A stretch of 64,000 nucleotides of DNA from Candidatus Aminicenantes bacterium (GTDB lineage: Bacteria; Acidobacteriota; Aminicenantia; Aminicenantales; UBA4085), in contig JAPKZG010000092.1 of assembly GCA_026393895.1 (NCBI GenBank), positions 6,246 to 70,245 of the forward strand. Reading direction: 5' to 3'. Position 1 is the stretch's first letter. Every line of letters starts with the position of its first letter. The notes below the pieces were generated by a model that saw nothing but the letters and a program-made list of their open reading frames with translations, had not been told where the DNA came from and made no database searches. Positions 45,892 to 58,811 of this stretch are shown here, in pieces. Both the position numbers and the translations under genes were made by a program.

Positions 45892-47229
45892 TCATCCGGG
45901 AATCGAGGTTTCCGGGGAAACAAGCAGGTTCAGAACTTCCCCGAAAATCGACCGGGCCGTCGTCTCGAAATTCGACCGGGAAAACAGGCGCGATTTTTTC
46001 CACGCCGCCCGCCCCAGCGCTTCGGTTTTCGCCGGGTCTCCGATCAAGGCCAGAGTACGCTCGAGCAGTTCGGCCGTGGAGCCGACCAGGAAACCGTTGA
46101 CCCCGTGATCGACGATCTCGGGGAGTCCTCCGCCGTCATAAACGAGCGGGACCACGGCGTTTTGCATGGCTTCGACCGTGGTCATGCCGAAATGTTCTGT
46201 TTCGCCGGGGTCCTCCCGCTTCACCCCGCACATGTGCCAGAACAGGGCGGCTTCCCGGTAAAGGGATTTTAATTCGGCGGCCGTGACATTGACTTTCAGT
46301 TCGACGCAGCCGCCGGCCTCGCCGGCGATCATGTCCTTCAATCCGGCCAGATACGGATTTCCGGGCTGGCTTCCGCCGGCCAGAATGAATTTCCAGCCGC
46401 CCACGGCCTCCGGCCGTTGCCGGCAAAGTTTCAGGAATGCTCCGATCATTTCCCGTTGTCTCTTGAATCCCTCCGGCTCGAACCTGGTCGCGGAAAGAAT
46501 GATTTTTTTCTTGGGAACGTCGATCCCGCCAGCCTCCATGTCGACGGGCGGATAGAGCAGCCGGTGAGGGGCGAACCCCCATTTTTTCCCGATCCATTCG
46601 GCCGTATAGCGGCTGTTGCAGACCACCCGGGTGTATTGATCGGCGTAAAAATAGCTTCGCGGCCGACGTTCGGGAAAATGGCAGATTAAAACGGAAACGC
46701 AGGCCAGGGGAAAGACCATCTCATTCATGCTGTTGTTGACGAACACGTCATAGCGGCCGCTTTCCCGGCTGATCCGATGAAACGGATTTTCGATGTCGCG
46801 GGAAACCAGGGCCGGGTCGAGGTTGACCGCCTTCCGTTCATCGAAATACGGCAGCGGGATGACCTTGACCGGAATGGAGGACAGGTCCAGGTCGTACCAC
46901 TCCCGGAACTTCCCATACCCGATGTCCCTGTTGGCCAGGATCGTGATGTCGAACAGGTCCTTCAAGGCCGAAATCATGGTCAGCCCGTATTTCTGAGCGC
47001 CGCCGATGAAATGAAACGCGTGGTCGTAGACGGCCAGGGTCGGTTTCCGAAGGCCGAGGGCCACCTCCCTTTTCATCAACTCATTGACGGCGGCCTGGAT
47101 CCCCTTGCGACGCAAAATCTCCCCGACGGCCTCGGCCAACCCGGCGCCGGTCATCAGAGAGCCGTTTTTCATCTTCATCAAGCGGTCGGCTGATCCTTCT
47201 CGACCTCGACGGTCATCGGGGCGGTTCAT
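45892..47229 (-). CDS. GT4 glycosyltransferase
   Basis: NS.YT..W, LYPPVD, EHFGMTTVEAM, GG..EIV.HG.NG. Confidence 0.88.
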   Translation of the reverse strand: MNRPDDRRGREGSADRLMKMKNGSLMTGAGLAEAVGEILRRKGIQAAVNELMKREVALGLRKPTLAVYDHAFHFIGGAQKYGLTMISALKDLFDITILANRDIGYGKFREWYDLDLSSIPVKVIPLPYFDERKAVNLDPALVSRDIENPFHRISRESGRYDVFVNNSMNEMVFPLACVSVLICHFPERRPRSYFYADQYTRVVCNSRYTAEWIGKKWGFAPHRLLYPPVDMEAGGIDVPKKKIILSATRFEPEGFKRQREMIGAFLKLCRQRPEAVGGWKFILAGGSQPGNPYLAGLKDMIAGEAGGCVELKVNVTAAELKSLYREAALFWHMCGVKREDPGETEHFGMTTVEAMQNAVVPLVYDGGGLPEIVDHGVNGFLVGSTAELLERTLALIGDPAKTEALGRAAWKKSRLFSRSNFETTARSIFGEVLNLLVSPETSIPG

Positions 47230-47749
47230 CCGCGGATCCGCCCCGGAGCCGGGCGGCGGCGTTCAGGCCCTCGAGTTTGTTCCGGAGAAGGGCGAGGTCT
47301 TCTTCGTACCCGGCAACCTTCTCCTCAAGCGCTTTCAGGCGTTCGGCCCGGCGGCCGTCCCGGACATGCAGGGTCCGGAACAGGGCCGCGACCTGACGGT
47401 TGAACCGGCTCTGGTCCCGGTTGAACCGGTTCTGGAGGTCCAGAGACGCGTTGAGCTGGGTGAACGTCGTTTTCAACAAGGCCCGTTTTAAGAACACGAC
47501 CGGTCTGCCGAGCGTTTTCCGGTGTGACGTAATCGCCCGGATATCGGGCTTGGTTTCGACGAAGCCGTTGATCAACGGGATCGTATCCCGGAGATAATCG
47601 GCCAACTCCTTGTCCGACAATTCCTCCACCGGCGGGGCGAATTCCCGGTCGATTTCCCGTCCCAGGAGCTTCCTCAAGTCGGAAATCTCCTCCTTTTTCC
47701 GGTCCAGTTCTTCCTTCAAATACCGGATTTCCGCTTCAAGTTCATTCAT
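47213..47749 (-). CDS. Coiled-coil hypothetical protein in the polysaccharide locus
   Basis: Heptad-rich; SHRK.LG....FLKR..Q..FN motif. Confidence 0.7.
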   Translation of the reverse strand: MNELEAEIRYLKEELDRKKEEISDLRKLLGREIDREFAPPVEELSDKELADYLRDTIPLINGFVETKPDIRAITSHRKTLGRPVVFLKRALLKTTFTQLNASLDLQNRFNRDQSRFNRQVAALFRTLHVRDGRRAERLKALEEKVAGYEEDLALLRNKLEGLNAAARLRGGSADEPPR

Positions 47750-47762
47750 CGGCAATCCACCT

Positions 47763-50348
47763 TTATAAAGGGAATTGAGGCCCGAGCATTTTTTGAAAAG
47801 CGTCTTTGACCTGCTCCACGGCGATCCCCCGGATGCAGCGCGCCTCGGAAAACTGGCAATTGATCGGGCACGGGGCGCACCTCAGGCCCAACTGGACGAC
47901 CGAGTGGGTTGGTCCCCAGGGTTTGAAACGGTTGTATTCTCCTGCCCCGAACAAGCCGACCACGGGGACGCCGACGGCGACGGCGACATGCATGGGGCCG
48001 GAGTCGATGCCGACAAAGTACCGGCAGGATTTAAGGACGGAGGCCATTTCCCGAATCGTGGTTTGCCCGGCGAGATTTACGGTCCGGTCGGAAGGCAGCG
48101 CCCGTTCGATTTCCTCCGCCAGCGCCCTTTCGGCTTTCCCGGCCAGGATCAGGATCTTAGCGTCATAAGTATCCTGGAGCCACCGGGCCAATTCAACGAA
48201 ACGGTCCGCCGGCCACCGGCGGAATTCCCAACGCGCACCGGGGGCGAGGGCGATCAGAAGCTCCCCGGCCGCGATCCGGTGCTTGTCCAGAAGGTCCCGG
48301 GCCGTCCGATCGTCTTCGGCCGTCGTCCAGACCTCCAGGGACGTGTCTTCAGCCCGTCCTCCGAGAAAGCGGAGGAGATCCATTTGGTATTCGACCTCGT
48401 GCTTCACGGCGCCCCGCTCCAAGCCGTTGGTGATCAAGCGGTTCACGCCGTCCCGGCCGAGGGAACGATAAACGTTCGGGGAATTGATGTAAGCCACGCG
48501 CCGGGGGGCCCCGCTGGCGGCCATCAGGATGAGGGAAGCCGCTTGCGGGGCGTCATCGTTCCAGCGGAGGGAAACGGCCAGGTCGAAACGGTGTTTCGAA
48601 AAAACCCGGACCGCCAGAGTGAGCCCTTTCAGCCACCAGCGGATGCTTCCGTAAAAGGCGTTTTCCCAGCCTGCGATGCTTCGATAATTAAAGGGAACGA
48701 ATTCATCGACATAGGGACATTTTTCGATGACGTTCATCAGGCCGGGCTGGACGGCCAGGACGATTTTGGACCGGGGCATGAACATCCGCAAGTTCCGAAG
48801 GAACGGCCCGGATAAAACGACGTCGCCGAGGTCGGCCGGTTGGACGACCAGGATTTCCCGCGGTTGGGCCGATTGGGGAACGGATCGGTCGCGGCCGAGG
48901 ACCTTGTGAATCGACTTCAGAACCGGCGGAAAGAATAAAAGCGACAGCCGGCAGGAGATGACCCTCATCCCCGATTTCAACTTGGCGAACAACGATTTCG
49001 GCTTGAACAGGTGCCGTATCCGGATGAGAAAACCGCTCCACCGGAGCCATCGATCCGCGTTAGGGAGAATCCGCGTCGGGCGGCCCAGCCCGTCCCTCCC
49101 CGGCGTGGCGGGAAGGTTCGCGAAAACCCGGGCGGTTTGATCGGCCGGGGCATGTCCGGCGATTTCCGTCAATACGTTTTCGATCGCGTCAACGCTTTGA
49201 TCGAGCCGGAATCTCTCCATGATCGTGCGCCGGGCTCCGGCGCGGAGCATTTTCTCAAGTGCCGGATCATTCAAGAACCGACGGAGGTCTTGGGCGCAAA
49301 GTTCCGGATTTTCGGGGGGAATCACCAGGGCGTTGACTCCATCCTCGAGGACTTCGGCGTTCCCGCCGATCGCCGTGGAGATGACGCCCAGGCCGCAGGC
49401 CATGGCTTCGAGCAGGGACGGAGTCAGGGATTCCACGCGAGCGGCGGGATAAACGAAAACATCATGGGCGAGATAAAAATCCGGCGAGGACCGGTCCGGG
49501 GAATAATCCACGAACGAAACGTCCCGGAGGACGCCGGCGGAAGCGGCCCGGTTTTGATAAGAGGCGACGATCTCGGGCAAACCGGGAAAGGGCCCGGCGA
49601 TCGTCAAGGTCGCGCCGCCGTAACGCGCGTCCTGTTTTAAAATTCCCAAGGCTTGAATCGCCGTTTCTATTCCGCCTTGCGGCCCGAACGGCCCGAGATA
49701 AAGCAGGCGGGCCGGCTCAAACCGGGCCTCTTTCTTGAAGGGGAAACGGCGGATGTCGACCCCCGGGAAGATGACGGCCGGCTGCGGCGAAGATTTGCTA
49801 GCTCGCCCGGTCGCCTCCCGGATGTAACGGCTGGTGAAGATCACCGGCAAGTCGTAGAGCGGCCGGGGAAAGGCCGCCAAGCCGAATCGGCGCCTCAAAT
49901 AGCGAAGGGCCCGACGGCCTCTCGCGCCCCGGGGCTGTTCCCGGTACCAGCGGTCCATTTCCCAGGTGGCCAGCCAATCGCTCCCGACATGCAGGCAGGC
50001 GGGAATTCCCAGGTCCCCGGCCAGGAGCGGAAGCGAGGCCGAGACCCGTGACAAATCGAAGAAGAGCGCGACCTCCGGCTGAAATTCCCGGGCTAAATCG
50101 TGGAGAGCGATTTGATTGACGACTTCTTTTCGGAAAACGTCCTGCCAGTTGGAGATGTCGTACCGGTCGCGGATCAGCCGGCGATGGATCAGCCCGGTTT
50201 CCGGGGCTTTGCTTTGCCCCGATCCGCCGGTCAGAACCTGGACCCGGTGTCCCCGCTCGATCAGCCCTTCCACGATATCGCGGCAGCCGAGATCCGCGGC
50301 CGCCCGGTCCGCGGGAGGATAGCCGTCGGTCACGACGAGTATGCGCAT
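47763..50348 (-). CDS. GT4 + GT9 (heptosyltransferase-like) fusion glycosyltransferase
   Basis: N-half: YPP, LLEAMACG..GGN.E. C-half: LGDVVL, PGA....RRWP, GIDSGPMHVA. Confidence 0.88.
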   Translation of the reverse strand: MRILVVTDGYPPADRAAADLGCRDIVEGLIERGHRVQVLTGGSGQSKAPETGLIHRRLIRDRYDISNWQDVFRKEVVNQIALHDLAREFQPEVALFFDLSRVSASLPLLAGDLGIPACLHVGSDWLATWEMDRWYREQPRGARGRRALRYLRRRFGLAAFPRPLYDLPVIFTSRYIREATGRASKSSPQPAVIFPGVDIRRFPFKKEARFEPARLLYLGPFGPQGGIETAIQALGILKQDARYGGATLTIAGPFPGLPEIVASYQNRAASAGVLRDVSFVDYSPDRSSPDFYLAHDVFVYPAARVESLTPSLLEAMACGLGVISTAIGGNAEVLEDGVNALVIPPENPELCAQDLRRFLNDPALEKMLRAGARRTIMERFRLDQSVDAIENVLTEIAGHAPADQTARVFANLPATPGRDGLGRPTRILPNADRWLRWSGFLIRIRHLFKPKSLFAKLKSGMRVISCRLSLLFFPPVLKSIHKVLGRDRSVPQSAQPREILVVQPADLGDVVLSGPFLRNLRMFMPRSKIVLAVQPGLMNVIEKCPYVDEFVPFNYRSIAGWENAFYGSIRWWLKGLTLAVRVFSKHRFDLAVSLRWNDDAPQAASLILMAASGAPRRVAYINSPNVYRSLGRDGVNRLITNGLERGAVKHEVEYQMDLLRFLGGRAEDTSLEVWTTAEDDRTARDLLDKHRIAAGELLIALAPGARWEFRRWPADRFVELARWLQDTYDAKILILAGKAERALAEEIERALPSDRTVNLAGQTTIREMASVLKSCRYFVGIDSGPMHVAVAVGVPVVGLFGAGEYNRFKPWGPTHSVVQLGLRCAPCPINCQFSEARCIRGIAVEQVKDAFQKMLGPQFPL

Positions 50349-50389
50349 GAATGCCTGGCTTTATTCCGAAATATATACCATCATTAAAT

Positions 50390-50469
50390 TAGGTGACACA
50401 ATACCTATTACCTTATTTCCTGAAATATCAAGGTCCATCGAATTAGGGTAATAGGTATTGTGTCCCCTA
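50390..50469. repeat. AT-rich 80-bp inverted-repeat element (REPIN/MITE-like)
   Basis: TAGGTGACACAATACCTATTACCTTATTT ... AATTAGGGTAATAGGTATTGTGTCCCCTA (29-bp arms, 3 mismatches). Confidence 0.85.
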
Positions 50470-50471
50470 TT

Positions 50472-53057
<2,586 letters not shown>

Positions 53058-53058
<1 letters not shown>

Positions 53059-54575
53059 CAGACCGACTCCTCGCGGAAGCGCCGGCTGAATTCGGTCAGG
53101 GCCGCGGCGATCGCCTGGTCCAGGTTTTTATCGAGCGCTTTCTTTTCTGCGATCTCGAGAAAAATGTTGGGGTGTTCCCGCTCGATGAAGGCGTACATTT
53201 TCTTCTCGTAATCGCGGATTTTGGGGACGGGGATCTCGTCCAAGTAGCCGCGGTTTCCCGCATAGATGATCAAAACCTGCTTCTCGATCGGGAGGGGTTC
53301 GAACTGGTTTTGCTTGAGGATTTCGGTCAACCGGACGCCCCGGTCCAATTGGGCTTGGGAAATGCGATCGAGTTCCGTCCCGAACTGGGCGAATGTCAGA
53401 AGTTCGCGGTATTGTTGGAGGTCGCCGCGAAGTTTACCGGCAACCTGCTTCATGGCTTTGGTCTGGGCGTTGGCGCCGACGCGGGACACCGAAATGCCGA
53501 CGTTGATCCCCGGCCGGATGCCGGAGTTGAACAGCTCCGATTCGAGGTAAATCTGGCCGTCGGTGATCGAGATCACGTTCGTCGGGATGTACCCGGACAC
53601 GTCGCCCGCCTGGGTTTCGATGATCGGGAGGGCCGTCAACGATCCTTCGCCGAACGCCTCGTTCATCTTGGCCGCCCGTTCGAGCAACCGGGAATGGAGA
53701 TAAAACACATCCCCAGGATAGGCTTCGCGGCCCGGCGGGCGGCGGAGGAGGAGCGATATTTCCCGGTAGGCCGCGGCGTGTTTGGAGAGGTCGTCGTAGA
53801 TGCAGAGCGCGTGCCGGCCGTTGTCCCGGAACCACTCGCCGATGGCGCACCCGCTGTATGGGGCCAAATACTGAAGAGGCGACGGGTCGGAAGCCGAGGC
53901 CACGACGACCGCGGAATACGCCATCGCCCCGTAATCCTCGAGCGTTTTGACGAAATGAGCGACGGTCGAATTCTTCTGGCCGATGGCGACGTAAATACAG
54001 ATGACGCCGGTGTCTTTCTGGTTGATGATCGTATCGAGAACGATCGCGGATTTCCCGGTCTGCCGGTCGCCGATGATCAGCTCGCGTTGGCCTCGTCCGA
54101 TCGGAATCATGGAGTCGATCGCCTTGATCCCGGTCTGGAGAGGTTCACGGACGGGAAGCCGGTCGACCACACCCGGCGCCATCCGTTCGACCGGAAGAAA
54201 AATATCGCTCTTAATCGGGCCTTTGCCGTCGAGCGGCCGGCCAAGAGGGTCGACGACCCGGCCGACAAGGGAAGGACCACAAGGCACGGAAATGATTCGA
54301 TGCGTTCGCTTGACGAGATCGCCTTCGACGATCATGTGGCTCTCGCTCAGGAGAACCACGCCGACACTGTCTTCTTCGAGGTTCAAGGCGAGGCCCGAGA
54401 CGTCGTGCGGAAATTCCAAAAGTTCGTTGGACATGACCCGGTCCAGGCCGTGAACCCGGGCGATGCCGTCGCCAACGGTGATGACCGTCCCGACTTCGCG
54501 GATATCGACCGTTTCCTCGAATCCTTCGATCTGGCGCTGGATGATCTTGCTGATCTCGTCCGCTTTAATGGCCAT
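53058..54575 (-). CDS. atpA: ATP synthase alpha subunit
   Basis: [35 protein letters not shown]; start ATG 54575. Confidence 0.97.
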
Positions 54576-55122
54576 GAGGCACCCTTTCGCCGATGATGTC
54601 TTTGAGCCGCTCGATCTCGCCCTTGAGCGACGCGTCGTAGACCCGATTTCCTTTTCGGATGAAAAGCCCGCCGACGAGAGCGGGATCCAGGCTGTAGGAG
54701 CAGGACACCGGCGCGTTTTCCAAGCGGGAAAGCTCCGCTTCAAGCCGGCCCTTCTGCGTTCCGGACATCGGGACGACCGACCGGACCTCGAACGTCCGGA
54801 TTCCGTGCCGTTCCTTCCATCGCGCGGGAAGATCCCGGACCACATCCGGCAGAATTTCCAGGCGCCGGTGCCGAACCAGAAGGAGGAGGAACCGTTTCGT
54901 TTTTTCCCGGTACGTCTCCCGATCCAGGATTTCGCCGATGATCGCCGCTTTTTTTGAGGAGGACACAAACGGACGGAGAAGGACGGCTTGAAGGCGGGAA
55001 TGGTTTAGGAGCAAATCCGCAAACCCGGAAAGCTCCCGATAGACGGACTGGAATTCGCCTTCGTCCGGCAGGGCGCCGGCAAGGCCTTCGGTGTATCGTT
55101 TAGCGAGCAGCTGATTCTTCAT
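54565..55122 (-). CDS. atpH: ATP synthase delta subunit
   Basis: AKRY..L, DP.L.GG....G....DAS. Confidence 0.92.
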   Translation of the reverse strand: MKNQLLAKRYTEGLAGALPDEGEFQSVYRELSGFADLLLNHSRLQAVLLRPFVSSSKKAAIIGEILDRETYREKTKRFLLLLVRHRRLEILPDVVRDLPARWKERHGIRTFEVRSVVPMSGTQKGRLEAELSRLENAPVSCSYSLDPALVGGLFIRKGNRVYDASLKGEIERLKDIIGERVPHGH

Positions 55123-55687
55123 GGATCGACTTCATTCTTTCGATGGACCGATCGATCAGTTCGACCTGATCGGCGCCGGTCAGACGGCTTTTCATCCGGG
55201 TCTCGGCGATATCGGCGGCCAGTTCCGCCGTATATTCCTTGAGCTCCCGGATCCCGGCTTGAAGCCGGACGGCCACTTCCTGGGCCGCCAGCGTCCGGAT
55301 CCGTTCCGCTTCCTTCGCGGCCAGTTCCTTGATTTTTTCCGTTTCGGCAAGGCCGTCGGCGGCGGCCCGGGCTTTCAGACGGGCGGCTTCGTTCTCGAGC
55401 GCCGCGGCCTGTATCCGGGCCTCGGCCAGCTTGGCTTCCGCCGTCAGCCGCTCCCGGCGGGCAACGTCGAGAAGATCACGGATCATTTCCGTTTTTTTCG
55501 TCAACATCGCCGTGACGGGTTTCCGCAAAAAAAAGATCATCGCGCCGAATAAAATGACGAAATTGATGACTTGCCAAATGAACCCGGACCCGCCGGATTC
55601 GCGAGATTCGGCGGTTTTCTCGTCGACGGATGCGAACACCAGGAAAGGAACAAGAAGAAGCACGGCGAGGGCTCGTTTCACGCTCAT
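55100..55687 (-). CDS. atpF: ATP synthase subunit b
   Basis: WQVINF.IL...F..KP TM segment followed by a coiled coil; internal ATG 55687. Confidence 0.85.
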   Translation of the reverse strand: MSVKRALAVLLLVPFLVFASVDEKTAESRESGGSGFIWQVINFVILFGAMIFFLRKPVTAMLTKKTEMIRDLLDVARRERLTAEAKLAEARIQAAALENEAARLKARAAADGLAETEKIKELAAKEAERIRTLAAQEVAVRLQAGIRELKEYTAELAADIAETRMKSRLTGADQVELIDRSIERMKSIHEESAAR

Positions 55688-55996
55688 GACCGGCTCATCA
55701 GCTTTTCTTCGATTTTCCGTGATCATCCGGTTCTTTTCCTTGAGGGCCGCAAGCTCGATCCGGCCGCGGGTTTCCTCGGCTTCCAGGCGGGCCGCCTTGA
55801 GTCCGGCCTCGACGTCCCTCAACCGGCGGGCCGATTCGTCCAGGTTCGATTGGGCCGCGGTCATGTCGTCCTGCAGACGTTTTTCCCGCTCGTCCATCAC
55901 CTTCCGGAGAGGCTTGAAAAAGACGCGGTTCAGGACAAAAACAAGGATCCAGACCAGGGCAAAAGTAACGATGACGGTCGCGTCGATTTCAAGCAT
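55684..55996 (-). pseudogene. ATP synthase subunit b', internally deleted and frameshifted so that it reads into atpF
   Basis: The b' N-terminus (FFKPL.KVMDER) covers only ~95 aa; a plausible original tail KIEEKLMSRS* lies in the +1 frame with an ATGA overlap on atpF. Confidence 0.7.
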
Positions 55997-56082
55997 GAGG
56001 CTTCAGTCCGGCTGTTTTTCTGAAACCAAGAGTTTATCATACCGATTCGTCAAAAACCAAACAAGAGAAGCCCCGGGCCGGT

Positions 56083-57414
56083 TCAGGCGGACGGCCGGAT
56101 TTTCTTGACTTCGCCGACCAGGAAGAGGCTCCCGGTGACGACGACCGTTCCGGCCGGGCCGGCGATACGGCGGGCCAGGGAAAGAGCCCGCCGAAGGTCG
56201 GGTTCGAGGATGATTTTCGCGGCAAACTCCGGCGCTTTCGCCCGGATTTCAGCGGGCGCGGCCGCCCGCTTATAAGGGATCGTCGTCAGGATGATCTTGC
56301 GGACCCGGGGAAAGAGGATTCGGGCGACGCGGCCGACGGCTTTGTCCTTCATGATCGCGAAAACGAGAACGGGCGGCCGGGGACACGTCTTTTCGATGAA
56401 CGCGGCCACGGCCGCGGCCCCGGCTTCGTTATGGGCGCCGTCGAGATAAACGCGGGGCCGCCGCCCGATTCGCTCGAGCCGGCCTTCCCATCGCGTCGTT
56501 CGAATGCCGTCCTCGATCGCCTTGGCTCCCACCGGGCGCCAAGACCGGTCGAGAACCCGCGCGGCCGCCGCGGCCACGGCCGCGTTCCGGCCCTGGTGCT
56601 CTCCCGGAAGACCGGGAGAAAGATGATAGACATCGTCTCCGGTCCGGTAATCGAAGGAAGGCCGTCGGCCTTGGCGTCGCGGTTCAAACGAAGCACCGCG
56701 GCCGAAAACTTCGATCAAGGGCGCTTTTTCCTCCCGCGCCCGGCGCCGGATCACGGCCAGAGCCGGGCCGCGGGAAACGCCGCAAACGACCGGAATTCCG
56801 GGTTTGATGATCCCGGCTTTCTCGAAAGCGATCTTCGCCAGGGAATTTCCCAGATATTCCATATGGTCTTTGGACACGGTCGTGATGACCGAAACAAGGG
56901 GAATCACCACATTGGTGGCGTCGAATCTTCCCCCCATTCCGACCTCGAGGACCGCGCAATCGACGTGTTTTTCGCAAAAATGGAGCATGGCCGCGGCGGT
57001 CAGGACTTCAAAAAAGGTCGGGGAGGCCTCGAGCGTTTTCGCGGTCCGGAGTTTCTCGATCTTCGATTTGAGCGTCCCGATATGACGGCGAAGGTCCCGT
57101 TCGGGGATCAACCGCCCGTCGACGCGGATCCGCTCTTCGAGGCGGACAAGGTGAGGCGACGTGTAAAGCCCGACCCGGAGGCCGGCCCGCGACAGAATCT
57201 CGGCCAGCATCGCGCAGACCGACCCCTTGCCGTTCGTCCCGGCGACATGAATCGTGGAAAAGGCCAAGTGCGGATCGCCCAGCGTATCAAGCAGGATCCG
57301 CATGTTGCCCAGACCGAGCTTGATGCCGAACCGTTGAAGATCGTGCAAATACGCGCGCCAGGCGGCGGAGGTCGGTATTCTCGCCTGCGGCGCGGCGTTC
57401 CGCGGCGTGTTCAC
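56083..57414 (-). CDS. folC: Folylpolyglutamate synthase / dihydrofolate synthase
   Basis: HVAGTNGKGS, YTSPHL, EVGMGGRFDATN, DGAHN; GTG start overlapping the accD stop. Confidence 0.94.
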   Translation of the reverse strand: MNTPRNAAPQARIPTSAAWRAYLHDLQRFGIKLGLGNMRILLDTLGDPHLAFSTIHVAGTNGKGSVCAMLAEILSRAGLRVGLYTSPHLVRLEERIRVDGRLIPERDLRRHIGTLKSKIEKLRTAKTLEASPTFFEVLTAAAMLHFCEKHVDCAVLEVGMGGRFDATNVVIPLVSVITTVSKDHMEYLGNSLAKIAFEKAGIIKPGIPVVCGVSRGPALAVIRRRAREEKAPLIEVFGRGASFEPRRQGRRPSFDYRTGDDVYHLSPGLPGEHQGRNAAVAAAAARVLDRSWRPVGAKAIEDGIRTTRWEGRLERIGRRPRVYLDGAHNEAGAAAVAAFIEKTCPRPPVLVFAIMKDKAVGRVARILFPRVRKIILTTIPYKRAAAPAEIRAKAPEFAAKIILEPDLRRALSLARRIAGPAGTVVVTGSLFLVGEVKKIRPSA

Positions 57415-58202
57415 GCGGATTTGTTCAGAAAGAGCCGGAGCGCGCGGACCAGATACGGCCGGAGGTTTTTCCTCGGGACGACCTCGTCGATCATCCCATG
57501 GCTCAGGAGAAATTCGGACCGCTGGAACCCTTTCGGGAGCTTTTCCTTGATGGTCTGCTCGATCACCCGCGGGCCGGCGAAACCGATGAGGGCGTTCGGT
57601 TCGGCGATGTTCAAGTTGCCCAACATGGCAAAACTGGCGGTGACTCCGCCCGTGGTGGGATCGGCCAGGACGGAAAAGAACGGCAACCCGGCCTTTTCCA
57701 GCCGGCCCAGGGCGGCGCTCGTCTTGACCATCTGCATAAGACTGAGGGCGCCTTCCTGCATCCGGGCGCCGCCGGAGCACGAGACGATGATGAAGGGGAT
57801 TTTTTCGGCCAGCGCGCGTTCCGCGGCCCGGGTGATCTTTTCCCCCACGACCGACCCCATGCTTCCGCCCATGAAGGCGAAGTCCAGGGCGGAAACGGCC
57901 ACTCGCATTCCCCCGATCGTTCCCAGGCCGTTGACGACGGCTTCGGGCAGGGAGGTCTTCCTTTGGTTGTCCGCCAGACGCTTGTGATAAGGCTGGCTGT
58001 CGACGAAGTTCAGGGGGTCCTGGGGTTTGATTTCATGGTCGCAAACATCAAATTGGCCGTCGTCGTAAAGCATGGCCAGCCATTCCGAGGCGGAAAGCCG
58101 GAAATGAAAGGCGCACTCCGGACAAACGGAGTGATTATCCAGGATATCCTCCTTGTAAAGGATTCGCTGGCAATTGTTGCATCGGGTCCATAAACTGCTC
58201 AT
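57411..58202 (-). CDS. accD: Acetyl-CoA carboxylase carboxyltransferase beta subunit
   Basis: Zinc finger CNNC..CPEC; GGSMG, SGGARMQEG, PTTGGV.ASFA. Confidence 0.96.
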   Translation of the reverse strand: MSSLWTRCNNCQRILYKEDILDNHSVCPECAFHFRLSASEWLAMLYDDGQFDVCDHEIKPQDPLNFVDSQPYHKRLADNQRKTSLPEAVVNGLGTIGGMRVAVSALDFAFMGGSMGSVVGEKITRAAERALAEKIPFIIVSCSGGARMQEGALSLMQMVKTSAALGRLEKAGLPFFSVLADPTTGGVTASFAMLGNLNIAEPNALIGFAGPRVIEQTIKEKLPKGFQRSEFLLSHGMIDEVVPRKNLRPYLVRALRLFLNKSA

Positions 58203-58239
58203 GATGGTTCAAGAGTCTATCAGCATGCCCGAACGGCTG

Positions 58240-58713
58240 TCAACCTTGGGCGGCCGACGCCGAGGCACCTGATTTGAGCCGGTCGGCGAGAAAACGAACG
58301 ACCTCGGCCGCGGACGGGAGATCCACCCCGAAATCCGACTTCTCCTTGAGAAGGTCGAGGGCCGTTTGGAGCAAATGGTCGTTATTGTAGGGTTTTTCGA
58401 AGTACGCGGCCGCGCCGAAGGAGGTCAACGCTTCGTGTTTATACTGCGGTCCCCGGTAGAGCCCGGTGACAATGATCACGGAGGTGCGCCCCTTGGATTC
58501 CTGGGTGATTCGCTTGGTCAGGTCGAAGCCGTGGAGCTTGGGGAGAATGGCCTCGAGAATCACCAGGTCGGGCTTTTCGATTTTGAAGGATTCGTAGGCC
58601 GTCGTCCCGTCGGCGGCCAGGAGAATCTGAAAACGGAACGGCGCAAAAAGGGCGGCCAATGCGTCCCGATTCTTCGTGTCGTAATCGACCAGGAGGATTT
58701 TCTTTTCGGCCAT
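58240..58713 (-). CDS. Stand-alone response-regulator receiver protein (phospho-Asp position appears as Glu)
   Basis: KILLVD, PDLVILE..LP...GF, KP. Confidence 0.85.
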   Translation of the reverse strand: MAEKKILLVDYDTKNRDALAALFAPFRFQILLAADGTTAYESFKIEKPDLVILEAILPKLHGFDLTKRITQESKGRTSVIIVTGLYRGPQYKHEALTSFGAAAYFEKPYNNDHLLQTALDLLKEKSDFGVDLPSAAEVVRFLADRLKSGASASAAQG

Positions 58714-58811
58714 GTTCGCCGGACCCTCCGCGCCGGGGCGGTTCCATTATGGCCGAACCGGGGGAAAAATTCAATTCTCGGCCGGATTGTGCTATAGTTG
58801 CGGGGATTTCC

